Below the pieces are notes generated by a model, which worked only from the letters and a program-made list of their open reading frames with translations, did not search any database and was not told the DNA's origin. Positions 34,001 to 47,100 of a stretch of 64,000 nt of DNA are shown here, piece by piece. A program made the translations under genes and the position numbers. The first letter of the stretch is position 1. Every line of letters starts with the position of its first letter. The stretch is taken from assembly GCF_000143415.4 (NCBI RefSeq), contig NW_003314272.1:2381728-2445727 (forward strand), written 5' to 3'. Origin of the DNA: Selaginella moellendorffii (taxonomy: Eukaryota > Plantae > Lycopodiophyta).

Positions 34001-37000
34001 CCTCGTTTGCTTGTAATAGATGAGTCCGTTGCGTTCTGCATAGCCCATTTTCTCTTCCATTGGCAGCTCACCTCTTTGGTGAGCTTCCCATTCCTCAGCA
34101 ACACTTCTTGTGCTAGACCATCGTTCTCATATGTTGTCCGCACATCGTCCCAGAAGGTTGCTGTTGCGCTACATATTGCTAACCTCAAGCTCACTTTTCG
34201 ACTTAGCGCATCCACCACGATGTTGCTCTTCCCAGGCTTGTACAGAATCTCGCAATCAAACTCGGCCAAGGCATTGGCCCACTGACCTTGTTTCCCTCTC
34301 AGGTCGGGCTGTGACAAGAAGTGTTTCGTTGCCACATTGTCCGTGTAAACCTTGAAGTGTCTCCCAAGGTAGTGTCACCACTTCTTGAGCGCCTTGACCA
34401 CCGCAAACAATTCCTTCTCATGGGCAGGCCACTTCCGTTGAGCCTTGTCCAACTTCTTCAAGAAGAACGCTACCGGATGGTTGTCTTGCTTCAAAACTGT
34501 GCCCAACGCAAAGTCTGAAGCATCCGTTTCTACCTCAAAGTCCTTACCAAAATCTGGTAATGCCAATACGGGAGCCTTCCTCAACTTCCCTTTGAGGTGG
34601 ACGAATGCTACCTCACATTCCGCTGTCTATACCATCTTCCCTTTTCCTGTTTGGTCCGTTAAGGGCAGGGCTACTCTTGAATAGTGTCTAATAAACTTTC
34701 GATAGTAGTTGCATAACCCCAGGAATGCCCTCAACTCGTGTACATTCGATGGTCGCTCCCATTCCTGAATCGCTTGGACCTTCTCCGGGTCTACCTTAAG
34801 CCCGTCCTGGCCCACCACATTCCCGAGAAACTTTACCTCTTGTTGAGCAAAGTCACATTTGCTCTCTTTAGCATACAGTTTGTGTTCCCTTAGTTTCTCA
34901 AACACTTTCGCCAAGTGTTCGGCATGCTCCTCTAGCGTCTCGCTATAGATCAGGATGTTGTCGATATAGACGACCACAAAGTGATCCAGATAGGGTACAA
35001 AGATGTGGTTCATCAGTGCTGAAAACGTTGCCGGCGCATTGCATAGCCCGAAGGGCATCACTAGAAAGCTCCCATACCTCATTCGACAGATTGTCTTCTC
35101 GACATCTTCCTCGGCTTCCCTGATCTGGTAGTATCCTGACCTTAGGTCAATCCTTGAGAAGTATTTTGCCTTTCCCAACTTATCAAACAGGTCCTCAATC
35201 CTGGGCAAAAGGTACTTGTTGTTCTTTGTATACTTGTTGAGCAACCGGTAGTCTATGCACATGCGCATAGATCCATATTTCTTTTTCACAAATAACACTG
35301 GCGCCCCATACGGCGATTTGCTCAACCTAACATACCCTTTGTCCACCAACTCCTCTAGTTGGCACTTGAGCTCCTCGAGTTCTTTCTCGTTCAAACGATA
35401 GGGGGGACGAACCACCACCTCAACACCCTTGACTAGCTCAATTTTATGTTCTATCGGTCGTGCGGGGGGCAACCCCGCCGGTAACTCCTCTGGCATAGTA
35501 TCCTGGAATTGGTCCAACACCCGTTGGATCACTAAAGGTACTTCTTCTGTTCTTGTCTTTTGTCACTCTTCACCGAGAGTAAGCACAAAAATGCTGTCTT
35601 AGTTCCTTTAGTGAGTTGTCCTCTCGTGGACACCAGGTTTAAGCAAGATTCTTTGGCCTTGCTTTGCCCTACCTTTAGATCCTGGGCCTCCACCCTGGAT
35701 CTTCTTCCTTGGGCATTCGCCAGTACCACAAGGTTTCTACCATGTCCATGCAGGGCTACCACAAACTGATTGAACCAGTTCATTCCGAAGATCACGTCAA
35801 ATCCCGCCATGTCTAACACGGTGAAATCCATGTCCACTTTCCATGTCCATACTTCGACTCTCGCTTGTCGAAGTACCTCATCGGTGCTTTGGCTACCTTA
35901 ACAAACTCTATAGTCTTTAGTTCGCCTAGCCGCTACACTGTTAGTCCGGCTTGCCGGACTATGTTTGCAGCCACAAAATTATCCGAAGCACCCGTGTTAA
36001 TAAGGATCTTAACAAAGCTACCTCCGAGCTTCCCCCGGAGGGCTAGTAGATGTCGCGAACGACTCTCTACCAAAGTTGCTCGTGTAATGAGTAACTTTGA
36101 GTTAGGGACTGGATCACATACCTCAGTTTGGACTTCACCTGACTTGATGGCCATATTGGCTCTGGCCTTCTTCGGGTAGGGACATTCCCTCGAAAAGTGT
36201 CCCGCTTCACCGCAGTTGTAGCATACATTGTTTCCCACGCTGCTATATGACTTGACCTTTTTATCCATGGGTTTGTCTCTTTTCGCTTCACTCTCCCACG
36301 TACTCGCTCGCTGGCCACCGGATTTGCCTTTCCGGAACCCCGAGGACTCATTCTTAGAGAAACTCTTCTTGAATTTCCCTCTGTTAAACGTTCCCCTTGG
36401 TTTGGCCCCTTTGCTAAATGTGGATCCCGACCCCGTCGTGTTCCCCTTTCGCAGGTTATCGTTGAAATGCACCTTGATGGCCGCATCCAATGCTTCCTTG
36501 TAGTTGGTCAGGTTCTACCGCATCACTTCACCGCGAGCCCAGGTTTGCAAACTTGATATGAAGGCATGGAACGCATCCATATCCCCCATGTCCATGACAA
36601 GTATCCTCTTTGCCATAAACCCATTCACATACTCCTGAATGATTCCGGTCTGCTTCAGCCTACTCAGCTCGTCCCTTAGATGCAGAGTAGCATTTGGAGG
36701 AACGTAAGTTGCGCGGATCCTCGCCTTCATCATTTCCCAAGTGGCCACTGGTCCTTCGTTGGCCTCTGTCGTTCTCCACCAAGACTTGGCATTATTTGCC
36801 AAGTATGGTTTTGCACATGGGACCTTCTCCGAGTTCGGTAATCGCAACGCTCGGAAGTAGTCCTCCATATCATAAAACCAATCCTCCACCACCTTATAGT
36901 CATTCACTCCCTTGAAGACCGGTGGGGGCTTTGGTTTGTACTTGGGAACTGCCTGAGGGACTGATTCCACTTCGGTCTGTTCAACCTTGTCTGGTTTTGC

Positions 37001-38483
37001 CTCAGTCCCTACCGAAGGGTCCGCACCTTCTGCGCTGCCAGCATCCGCAGTCTTTCGCTTTTTCTTCCGCTTCTCATCACGCTTTAGCTTGCGTACGAGA
37101 GTCTCCAGCAGGGCATTGGTCTGCGCCAATTGTCCTTCTAGAACGTCCAATCGAGCTTTGGATGACCGAACCTCGCCACCGGACTCCTGTTTGGAAGTTT
37201 CCTCACTAGAGTCCTACTCATGCAAGGATTCCTCATCCATAGCCTTTTGTTTGACCGGAGGCTCTAGCTCTGGCAGAGGTTCCGTCTCCGCCTGGGTTCG
37301 CTTATGCCCTGCCCTTGCCATCTCCCAACAATCCGCCTCTATCCTTCGTTAGAACTGAGGAAAAGGCTCCAATACCAAATTGTAAGCCACAAATTTTTCC
37401 TTTCCAATTTGCCAACTTACCTCGTCTATCCGACCAACTCTGCCTTGGCTTGTGCTAAGTTCCCTCACCAAGGTTCTCACCTATGGTACCAGCTCCTACT
37501 TGGTCCTACTTGGTTTCAGCTACTCACTGCACAAGTAACGGAGTGTTAGCCATCCATCTACGGATTCCCAAATCTCTCCCAATCCCCCTCCCCGAGTTAG
37601 ACTGGACTTAAGGTTTGGCTACACTCCCCACAGGCACAAGCAACCAAGCACACCAAGCCTCTAGATTCCTAACACCCCTTGGTACCACAAGATTTGATCA
37701 TGGAACCCTCTAAATCCCAAGCCTTGGGTGCAGCATTTGCTTCGGGACGTCGGGGCGAAACACCATGGCCTAACGGCCCGGTATGGGTACCTCTACCCCC
37801 CCACTTCCATCCCAAAGGGAAGGCCCAAGCCCCTAGGAAGGGCGAGGACCAATGAGCCACAAGGTACTCAAGTGGGGCACCACTCCACATGAGCCGGGAG
37901 CACCGCAGTCGGTTTCCCTTTCGAGAGTGGGAGTTGCTCTTGAGCACTTCCCTGGGTGGCCCCTTCGGCACCACTCAAGCCCATGCTCACTCCCACTCAA
38001 GGCCCCTCGGCCCCAGTCTCAACCTCAAGTCGGTTTGGAAGCCCCACTAGAGAGTTCCTTCAAGACTGGTTCCCCCCCCCCCCCGGGAGACACACGCTTT
38101 GGGCTTTCACCCCTTGAGCTATATTAGTATGTGGACTTAGTCTCAAAATCGATCTCGGACTCGATCTCGGACTCGACTTCGGACTCGGTCTCGAACTCGA
38201 TTTCGGACTCGATCTCGGACCCGATCTTGGACTCGACTTCGGACTCGACCTCGGACTCGGTCTCGGACCCGATTTGGATCTCGGACTCTGTCTCGAACTC
38301 AGTCTCGAACTCGGTCTCCGATTCGGTCTCAGGCTCAATCCCGGACTCTATCTCGAACTCGGTCTCAGAGTCGATCTTGGACTCGATCTTCGACTCGGTC
38401 CCATCCAATGAACTCTTTGTCATTTCGGTCATGCTTTCGGGGATCCTTTAGCCTACGACATCTCGGGGAGTCGGTTCCTTACA
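31054..38483 (-). mobile_element. Full-length Ty3/gypsy chromovirus B: 5' LTR 37381-38483, PBS ~37365-37377, PPT ~32164-32178, 3' LTR 31054-32163
   Basis: Two ~1.1-kb direct repeats with TG...CA ends; perfect TSD AGACT (31049-31053, 38484-38488); TGGTATTGGAGCC; GGGTGGTGGAGT. Confidence 0.96.
32485..37321 (-). pseudogene. B gag-pol (gag, CCHC knuckle, protease, RT, RNase H, integrase, chromodomain) with stops, frameshifts and short intron-like inserts
   Basis: [57 protein letters not shown] motif, YEVEAIL..VKWKGF..ATWEPEENL; stops mostly CAG>TAG, CGA>TGA, TGG>TAG. Confidence 0.95.
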
Positions 38484-39437
38484 AGACTACTTTATTAAAC
38501 CCACAATACCATTATATTGTTATAAATCATTCACTTGGGTGTCTTTCCCACTTGATCTCTTTGACCAAGTCATAGTATATTATTTGTTCAAATTACCACT
38601 TTGAACTAGAAACCTAGATCACATAATTTTCCCATATAGACATCTCAACATATTAACTAAAATATATTAAATCTACCCGACCTTTGAGTTGTTAATCATG
38701 ACCTCAAAGGCATCCTTCACACTTGGAAGTGCACCCAAACTAACCCTTCCGGCCAAGGGTCTATAACAACTAAAAATTAATATCCCCACCCATTCACCAT
38801 GCATTCAATGCCACTTACACTAGAGTATTTAAGTTAAATATACCGAACTTTCATACCAAACACACTAATCAAAAATCACAACTTTTGGGTGATAGTATGC
38901 CCAAGCCAATCTCCTTACTAAGAGTTCATAACCACCAAAGATTGAATGTCCTTATATTCCAAACCATCACCATGCTTTAGTGGGTTTGAACTTAAACCTA
39001 AACATTAGAATATTGGTTGTCCCTTTCAAGTTGTGAGAGGCAATATATTGCTGCCAACAAAGGACTGTCAAGACCCTTGACAAGATCAAGACTGGAAAAT
39101 GCAAAAAGACAAAGAGAAAAGTTAGTGGAAACAAAGAAGAAGCCTTAGACTGGCGTTGATTCAGATTGTGGAGAAATGGAACAAGGCTAACCTATATATA
39201 CTATAGGTTGATGAAGCTCCACCACTCTTGGATCAAGGACGGCCTAAATATAGCTGAGGTCAAGGAGGCGCCACATCATCATCAGGAATGTGGCTCGAGA
39301 CTCAGGAATCGGGAAGTGTCTCGAGAGTCAGGAATAGGGAAGTGTCTCGAGAGTCAGGAATGTAGTTTGCAGGTCAGGAATCCGGCGAGAGTCAAGAATG
39401 TGGCAAGAATTGGGGGATTCCTGACAGCACCCCCTCC

Positions 39438-42400
39438 TCAAGAACGAGTGGAACGAGGATGTGAACGAGAACGAAGAGGAGGATGAGATGAGTGGCGAGG
39501 GATGGGAGATGGAGAAAAAGAATGAGGACTGGGACGAGAAGGATAGCGGCGGTGGAAGTCCTGAACAAGGTCAGGAGAATGAATCAGGTTGTCCGCAGGT
39601 TCCCAAGTGCGTTCCTCAGGTCTGTAACCCTTCCAGTCCACCAGATAGTAGAGTTTAGACCGTGAAATCTTGATGTCCTGAACCTCGTACTCAGACCCAT
39701 CCTCGAGCTGCACTGGTGGAGGCGGAGGAATGACCCGATTTGGAATAGGACTGGGAATATAAGGCTCAAGGAGAGAGGAGTGAAAAATGGGGTGAATTTG
39801 ATATGAGGAGGGAAGTGCAAGGCGATAAGTGACAGGATTAATGATGGCAGTGATAGGGAAAGGACCAAGGCGTTTGAAATTGAGTTTTGGACAGGGCCTG
39901 GTGGTGGAGATATTTTGCCTGAGGAGCCAGACTTTATCCCCGATATTATAAGGGGGACAATCCTGACGATGGACATTGGCAAATGTTTTATGAGATTCCT
40001 GAGCACGATGGAGGTGGAAGGAGATGGAGTTGTGGATTTCCTGGAGGTTGGAGATAAATGCCTTAGAGCGGGGATTTGAACGAGAGGATTCAGATGGAGA
40101 AGGAAGTGAGAGATTGAATTGGGGATTTCGGCCAGAGTTTGCAAAGAAGGGGGAAACTCGAAGAGAGGAGTGAACAGAGTTGTTATAGGAGAACTCAGCA
40201 AGAGGAAGGATANNNNNNNNNNNNNNNNNNNNNNNNNNNNNNNNNNNNNNNNNNNNNNNNNNNNNNNNNNNNNNNNNNNNNNNNNNNNNNNNNNNNNNNN
40301 NNNNNNNNNNNNNNNNNNNNNNNNNNNNNNNNNNNNNNNNNNNNNNNNNNNNNNNNNNNNNNNNNNNNNNNNNNNNNNNNNNNNNNNNNNNNNNNNNNNN
40401 NNNNNNNNNNNNNNNNNNNNNNNNNNNNNNNNNNNNNNNNNNNNNNNNNNNNNNNNNNNNNNNNNNNNNNNNNNNNNNNNNNNNNNNNNNNNNNNNNNNN
40501 NNNNNNNNNNNNNNNNNNNNNNNNNNNNNNNNNNNNNNNNNNNNNNNNNNNNNNNNNNNNNNNNNNNNNNNNNNNNNNNNNNNNNNNNNNNNNNNNNNNN
40601 NNNNNNNNNNNNNNNNNNNNNNNNNNNNNNNNNNNNNNNNNNNNNNNNNNNNNNNNNNNNNNNNNNNNNNNNNNNNNNNNNNNGCTTTGATGTAGTTGTC
40701 CATGTGAGGCCACCAAAAGTCCCGTACAACTAGCTCATAGGTTTTCGCAATGCCGAAGTGACCAGCAGTCGGGCTATCATGGCACGCCATCAGGACCAAC
40801 CTTCGAGCATCACCTTCAGGAACGTAAAGCTGCTCCCCACGGTACAATAAACCATCTAAGAACTCAAACTCGTGAAATCGCCGGCAGTCGGGAGTCACTG
40901 GGTGTCCAGCCTGAAGATGGGGGAAAATGTCGCTAGCGAGATCATCGGATTGAAGATCGTTTCTGATTGCATCCATCAAGGAGGAGTCCTGAGGGGCCAG
41001 GGAAATTGCCATAACTTGAAGCCGATCAGGACCGAGGATAACTTGATCCTATTGATCGAAGGCAGGATTACAAGGCCTGAGACTGAGATAGGAGTGCCTT
41101 GAAAGAGCATCAGAAAGGCCTTGAAACTTTCCAGGTCTGTACTTGATAACAAAGTCAAACCGACTTAGGAATTGTGCCCACCTTGCTTGATGACGGCTTA
41201 AAACTCGGGAAGTGGCAAAGTACTCGAGATTTTTGTGATCCGTCCAGACTATTGTTTGATGGCTCGCCCCCTCCAAGAAACGGCACCACTCTCCAAAGGA
41301 ATCCACGATGGCAAGGAGCTCCTTGTCGTGGATTTCGTAATTGATCTCCGCAGGCTGGAATTTCAGAGAATGGAAAGCGACCGGATGAAGTTCGTGATCC
41401 GCTCCGAGTTGAGACAGCACAGCACCAATGGCAAAGTCGGAGGCATCAGCCTCGATGAAGAAAGGTTGTGAGGAATCAACATGGATCAAGATAGGAGCAG
41501 AACTGAAGGCTGCCTTGAGTGTGTCGAAGGCCTGCTGGGCAGCAGCAGACCAAGAAAAGGGAACATCCTTGCGAGTGAGATGTGTGAGAGGAAGGACAAT
41601 GTCAGAGTAGTGATCAATGAATTTGCGGTAGAAGTTGGCGAAGCCAAGGAAAACCTGAACGTCCGACATTGATTGTGGAGGCTCCCATTCGAGAATAGTC
41701 TTGACTTTGGCAGGATCCATCGTGATACCCTCAGGAGTGACAATGTACCCAAGGAACTCCACAGACTACTGATCAAAGGAACATTTCTCAAGCTTCGCGT
41801 ATAGGCTGTGTTCTCGCAGCTTCGCTAGCACCTTGCGTACATGTTGGTCATGCTCCTCCTGAGTTTTTGAGTAGATGAGGATGTCATCGAGGTAGACGAT
41901 CACCATCTGATCAAGAAACTCCCGAAAGACGTCGTTCGCCATGTGTTGGAAAACTGTTGGAGCATTTGTCAAGCCAAATGGCATGACAGTGTACTCGAAG
42001 TGGCCATAGCGGGTTCGGAACGCAGTCTTCCATTCATCACCAGGCCGGATCCGGATCAGGTTGTATGCTCTACGGAGGTCGATCTTGGTGAAGAAGCGGG
42101 CACCGCCGAGATGTTCCAACAGGTCCGAGATCAGGGGCAGCGGATAACGGTTCCGAACAGTCACCTTGTTCAAACCTCGGTAGTCAATGACTAGCCGCAA
42201 GCTCCCATCCTTCTTCTTGACAAAGAAGACAGGCGCTCCAGCCGGGGACTGCGAATGCTGAATGTAGCCCGAGGCAAGGTTCTCATCCACGTACTCTTTG
42301 AGGGCCTTAAGCTCGGACGGGGATAACCCGTAGATAGGCCCCCACGGAGGTGACGCTCCTTCCTGTAAATCAATGGGACAATCATAAGGCTGATGAACAG

Positions 42401-43187
42401 GCAGTACACTAGCTTTTTTCTTGTCAAACACATCCCCAAAATCATGATACTTCTCAGGAAGACTGACAGGAAAAACATGCAAAGCAAAAAGAAAAAGAGG
42501 TTCTTCATGAAGGAGTTCTTTCATAGTGATTGTGGAGATAGGAGGAGGCGTACGACTAAATGGAATGATGAGACGAGGATACGGTCCAGTGTAAGATGGA
42601 AGAGAGGAAAAAGAAGAGGGTGAAAACTTTATAGAGTCAGGAACAGAACCCCGATTTGAGTTTGGGGAACTTTTCTTGATTCGGACTCGATGAACAGTAG
42701 GGGAAGCCGTGGGAGAGATGAGCTGTAATTCCTTCCAACAGATTTGAGGCTGATGTAGTTGGAACCAAGGAAGACCGAGCACCACAGAGGAGGACTTGCT
42801 GTTGATGATGTTGAAGGCGATATTGGTGACGGTGGACCCAATGTGTACTCGAATGGGCAACGTTTCCCTAAGTCCAGAAGATGGAGACACAAAATGCCCG
42901 CCGATGCCTTCAACCCTCAAATCCCGTATGGTAGGAGAAAGAGGAACGTGATGTCGGGCAGCAAAGTCCGTGTCCATGAAGCAGGAAGTTGCACCCGAGT
43001 CCAGTAACGCCAGAGCCTTGAGTCCTGATTGTCCGGTGAAAGAAAGGAGACATGGGACGCGGAAGTTGCGGGAATTGGTGGTAGCTTTGATGAAAGGTGG
43101 TTAGGAGCTTGATAAAGAAGAAAAGTGATTTTTATTTGGGGAGTCCAAACAGACAGCTCCTACTCTGTTTGGACAGGGTCGTTTCCC
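39438..43187 (-). pseudogene. C pol in the -1 frame (protease, RT, RNase H, integrase, chromodomain), 3 premature stops, spans the N gap
   Basis: [50 protein letters not shown]. Confidence 0.92.
40213..40683. other. Assembly gap
   Basis: Run of N. Confidence 1.
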
Positions 43188-44131
43188 GACTGCAATAGAG
43201 GTGGACTTTGAGGCAGAGTGAACTTGAGCAGTCGAGGAGGCTTCTTGGGACATATAGCTGCTTTGTGATTAGGATCAGCACAATAGAGGCAAAGATTATG
43301 AGATATTCAACGTTGCTTCTCAGCAGGACTCAACTTCCCTCTAATGAGTCGGGGAGTACCAGAAATATCCATCGGAACCAGAACAGTAGGTTCAGGAGTA
43401 TGTCCCGAAGACTCAAGCTGGGATTCCTGAGTCTGGGACGGAAAAACAGCGGCGCGGCGACTTTCCTGACGATGTTCAAAGAGACGATTGTCACATCGAA
43501 CAGCTTTGTTGATGGCATCCGACAGGTCCTTGGGATCCTCCATGGTGAGCAACAAATCCTTGACACCGTTGTTGAGGCCGAAACGAAATTGGTCAATCAG
43601 GGCCTGCTCATCCCATTGAGTGTCCAAAGCAAGGAGTTGGAACTCTGCAGCATAGATCGAGGCAGGACGAGACCCCTGAGAGAGACGTCTCATCTTTGTG
43701 GTAGCAGCCCGAACCCGATCCGTCTCGCCAAAACATGCTTCGAGCTTCTCTTTGAACAATTGAAGATCCATCAGTTCTGGAACCACGACCCCTTTCATGC
43801 TCTTCTCCAAAAGAGGAGAAAACCATGACAAAGCTGCACCTTCGAGCAACGTCCCAATCGCGCCAATTTGAGACTCGGGAGTAGGGTACCGCCGATGTTG
43901 AAGTGTGAAGATCAACTCCATCTGGTTCAAGAATCCGCGAAGCTCTGAACACTTGCCTGAAAATTTCGCCGGGAAGCTCACCTTCGGTTCAGGAACTTTA
44001 CTGGATCCTTGAGCCGAAAGTGAAGCAAGCTCCTGCTGCATGCGAAGAAGGGTTGCCTTCAGCTCGGTATTCTCAGACTGGATTTTTGCAAGGACTTCAG
44101 CAAAGAAATCAGGATGGCTTAGAGACTCCAT
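43160..44131 (-). pseudogene. C gag (one premature stop at 43307)
   Basis: PEPKVSFPAKFSG...LEGAALSWF...LSQG...YAAEF...PMDIS...LCLYC..NH....CP; TAG at 43160-43162. Confidence 0.9.
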
Positions 44132-47100
44132 TGGCAAGAAGAAAGAAAAAAGGGGGAAAAAAAGGCAAAGGTAATCAAACAATCAAAACGAGCTAAATCA
44201 AAAAACGAAAAAACAACAATCTGAATCAAACTGTCAAGACCCCTGACAAGATCAAAATTGAAAAATGCAAAAAGACAAAGAGAAAAGCTAGTGGAAACAA
44301 AGAAGAGGCCTTAGACTGGCGTTGATTCAGATTGTGGAGAAATGGAACAAGGCTAACCTATATATACTATAGGTTGATGAAGCTCCACCACTCTTGGATC
44401 GAGGACGGCCTAAATATAGCTGAGGTCGAGGAGGCGCCACATCATCATTAGGAATGTGGCTCGAGACTCAGAAATCGGGAAGTGTCTCGAGAGTCAGGAA
44501 TAGGGAAGTGTCTCGAGAGTCAGGAATAGGGAAGTGTCTCGAGAGTCAGGAATGTGGTTTGCAGGTCAGGAATCCGGCGAGAGTCAAGAATGTGGCAAGA
44601 ATTGGGGGATTCCTGATAGGGACAAACAAGCCATACCAATAGTGATGGATGACAAAGTTAAGAGCAAAATTCAAGTAGTACGGCAAGCCCTAAAGCAATT
44701 GGTAGTGGTTCAATTGAAGGCCACGCTTAAGGGGGATGACATCCTCAATTAGTGTTGACAATAGCTCATTAAAGATTTAGATTAAAATCTTGTATGGCAC
44801 AAAGAGCTTTTTCTCATTTGAAATCAAAAAAGTGCGAAATGATCTCATGACTAGCAGAGAAGAGGTCAGTAAGAAGATCCCTAAGTTATGGAGGAAGTGG
44901 ATCAAGCAAGGAGTTGAGGTGAATCAAGTGGTGGATAACACACTTGCTTTCTAAAAATTACTGGTATAAGAAAAAGTCAAGGCCATCTCTTGGTTGGTGG
45001 TAAACAACAGGTTAATAGTGGGATAATGGTTCCAAGAGGAAGCATGCCAAAGATGCAAGGAGTGTGGCAAACTAAAGACGGTGCAACATGCTTTGTAAGA
45101 CTACGATGTGGTGAGAGAGTTATGGTGATAGATTCTTAAAGTGATATAAGAATTAAAAAACATTCCGAAGTTTGAAGGTAGGAGTGGGGATGTTCTCCAT
45201 TGGTTTGAAGAAGCACAATGTCCAGCCACTAGTTCAGCTTAGAAATGTTTTTGGTCTCAAGGTTGATACAAATGGAGCATGCAAATCAAATGGGACATGA
45301 CAAGGGCTGAAGTTGATATGTTGGTATAAGGGGTGATGGGCTATGAGTGCCAGTCTATCTAGAGACCAACAGGTGTGCAAGCACTTTGGGAGGCAAAGAA
45401 TCATTGTCATTTTGATAGAAATGAGTGAGGATATTTGCAATGGTGGCATCATCTTGGAGTGGTCCATCTTCATTATGCCTAAAAGAGCTAGCAAAACAAA
45501 GTTGATTAGAGGAGTGGAGGATCAAGTCGCTCTTGTGTTTCGGCAGAGTGGTTGATGGAGAGATTTGTAGTGGTATCCCTCTAACTCTATTCTACATTCA
45601 GCTCAAGAGGGAGACTTGGACATCAATATAATCCAAAGGAGATGACCACATCCACTTCTACTCCAAGATTAGGTATAATTGAGATGCAAATATCACATAG
45701 AGTAGCTTATTGAGAGGGTGGTACACCCAATTTTTGTATTAGTCCCATTGAGATATGGGAATGTACATATATGTTTATTAAAACCAGGTATTAAATAGTT
45801 GGGACTTGAACTTAGCTTCTGTATATGCATCTATATACAACATTTATACATGTGTTATAGATCACAGTTTAAGAACTTAGTTTTTTCAAGTTTCCAAGTC
45901 TTTTCACTTGATAAGTTAGTTAATTAGCTTGTGATCATGTATAGACTCCTCTATGTTTAGCTTTATGGGCCACCCCTCTTAAAGTTAACACCTTTAATTA
46001 GGGCTTTTGTTCCTCCAACTTGCAATCCCACTTAACAAGTCACCCAATTAACATAATATGGTTCAATGCATAAGTGTGAAAGTCCTTAAATATTGACAGA
46101 TAAAGCTATCTCTTTGAATATGCAGGTAATATTTCCTCAATCTTGATAGCCTCATCTCATGGCAAATTTCAAGACCACACTTCAATTACACTATTCTAAT
46201 TTCATGCATTCTTATAAACCATTTGCACTCATTTTTCTATATACTAACTTACCTAGAATTGTCTTTGGAATATTAAAGGGATTTCATTAAAGCTTCTTCT
46301 TTCATAAGCTTCCTATCTACCATCTAGTCTAACATAAACAATTCCATTTTGAGACTCTTTATGACACCAGTAGTGAGACCCTTAAGTACCTACTTGATTC
46401 CCCACTCTTATCTTGCATAATTATTTTAGGTTATGTTTCTTAATTTCTATAGTTCAATTTTATCCATTTGCTACTTGTTTTTAATTTTATACATTCCCTT
46501 CATTTATTCTTCTCTATGCTAGAAGGGTAGCTTTACACTTATTACCATATTTTAACAAGTATTTTTAAGAATGAACTTACTCAATGACTTAAGGAATGGT
46601 TCCTCAATTTAAATATACTCACCTTGTAATTCCATACATCAAGATTAACATTTGCTACTCATGAGTTATTATATGCGCATTACTAATCATGGCAAAATCT
46701 TTTTTGCCCTATCCATTATAGATAGACCATCTTGTAACACACTTGAATTTAAAACTAAACTCTTTCATGACATGTTATTCAACCTTGAACTTGAATAACA
46801 TCTCTTATCCATTTTCTCTAGAGATTTAGTCCCTTGAGCATTATTTAATCTCTTCATGATATCAAATAATACTTTTTTAGTGTTTTAAGGTGTTTATATA
46901 TTTCAATAATGGATTTCTTAGACAATAAACATTTCTTGTTATAATACTGATTCATTATATTGCAATATAAGCACATTATCTTTTAAGAGATGTATTGACT
47001 CTATTGGTTGATTAAAAGAATCACACTATATGTTTAAACTGCCATCTGATAAGTCCAATTTACCTCTAGCAATAAATTTTCAAAGTGATGCAAGAATTAG

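Larger units (their letters stand above)
39066..44618 (-). mobile_element. Full-length Tcn1/Tf1-sushi-like chromovirus C: 5' LTR 44232-44618, 3' LTR 39066-39426
   Basis: 361/387-bp LTRs differing by one 26-bp repeat unit; TSD AGGAC/GGGAC; [16 protein letters not shown]; no tRNA-type PBS. Clade call from RNase H motifs HPVAFHS.K..AEINYEIHDKELLAIV. Confidence 0.93.

Noticed and set aside
34055-34075. GAG|GTGAGC donor-like site at a frameshift in B pol
   Set aside because: No intron-sized insert; a 1-nt indel explains it.
39438-41012. ORFs containing long X runs
   Set aside because: They span the assembly gap; only the flanks of the pol-frame ORF are meaningful.
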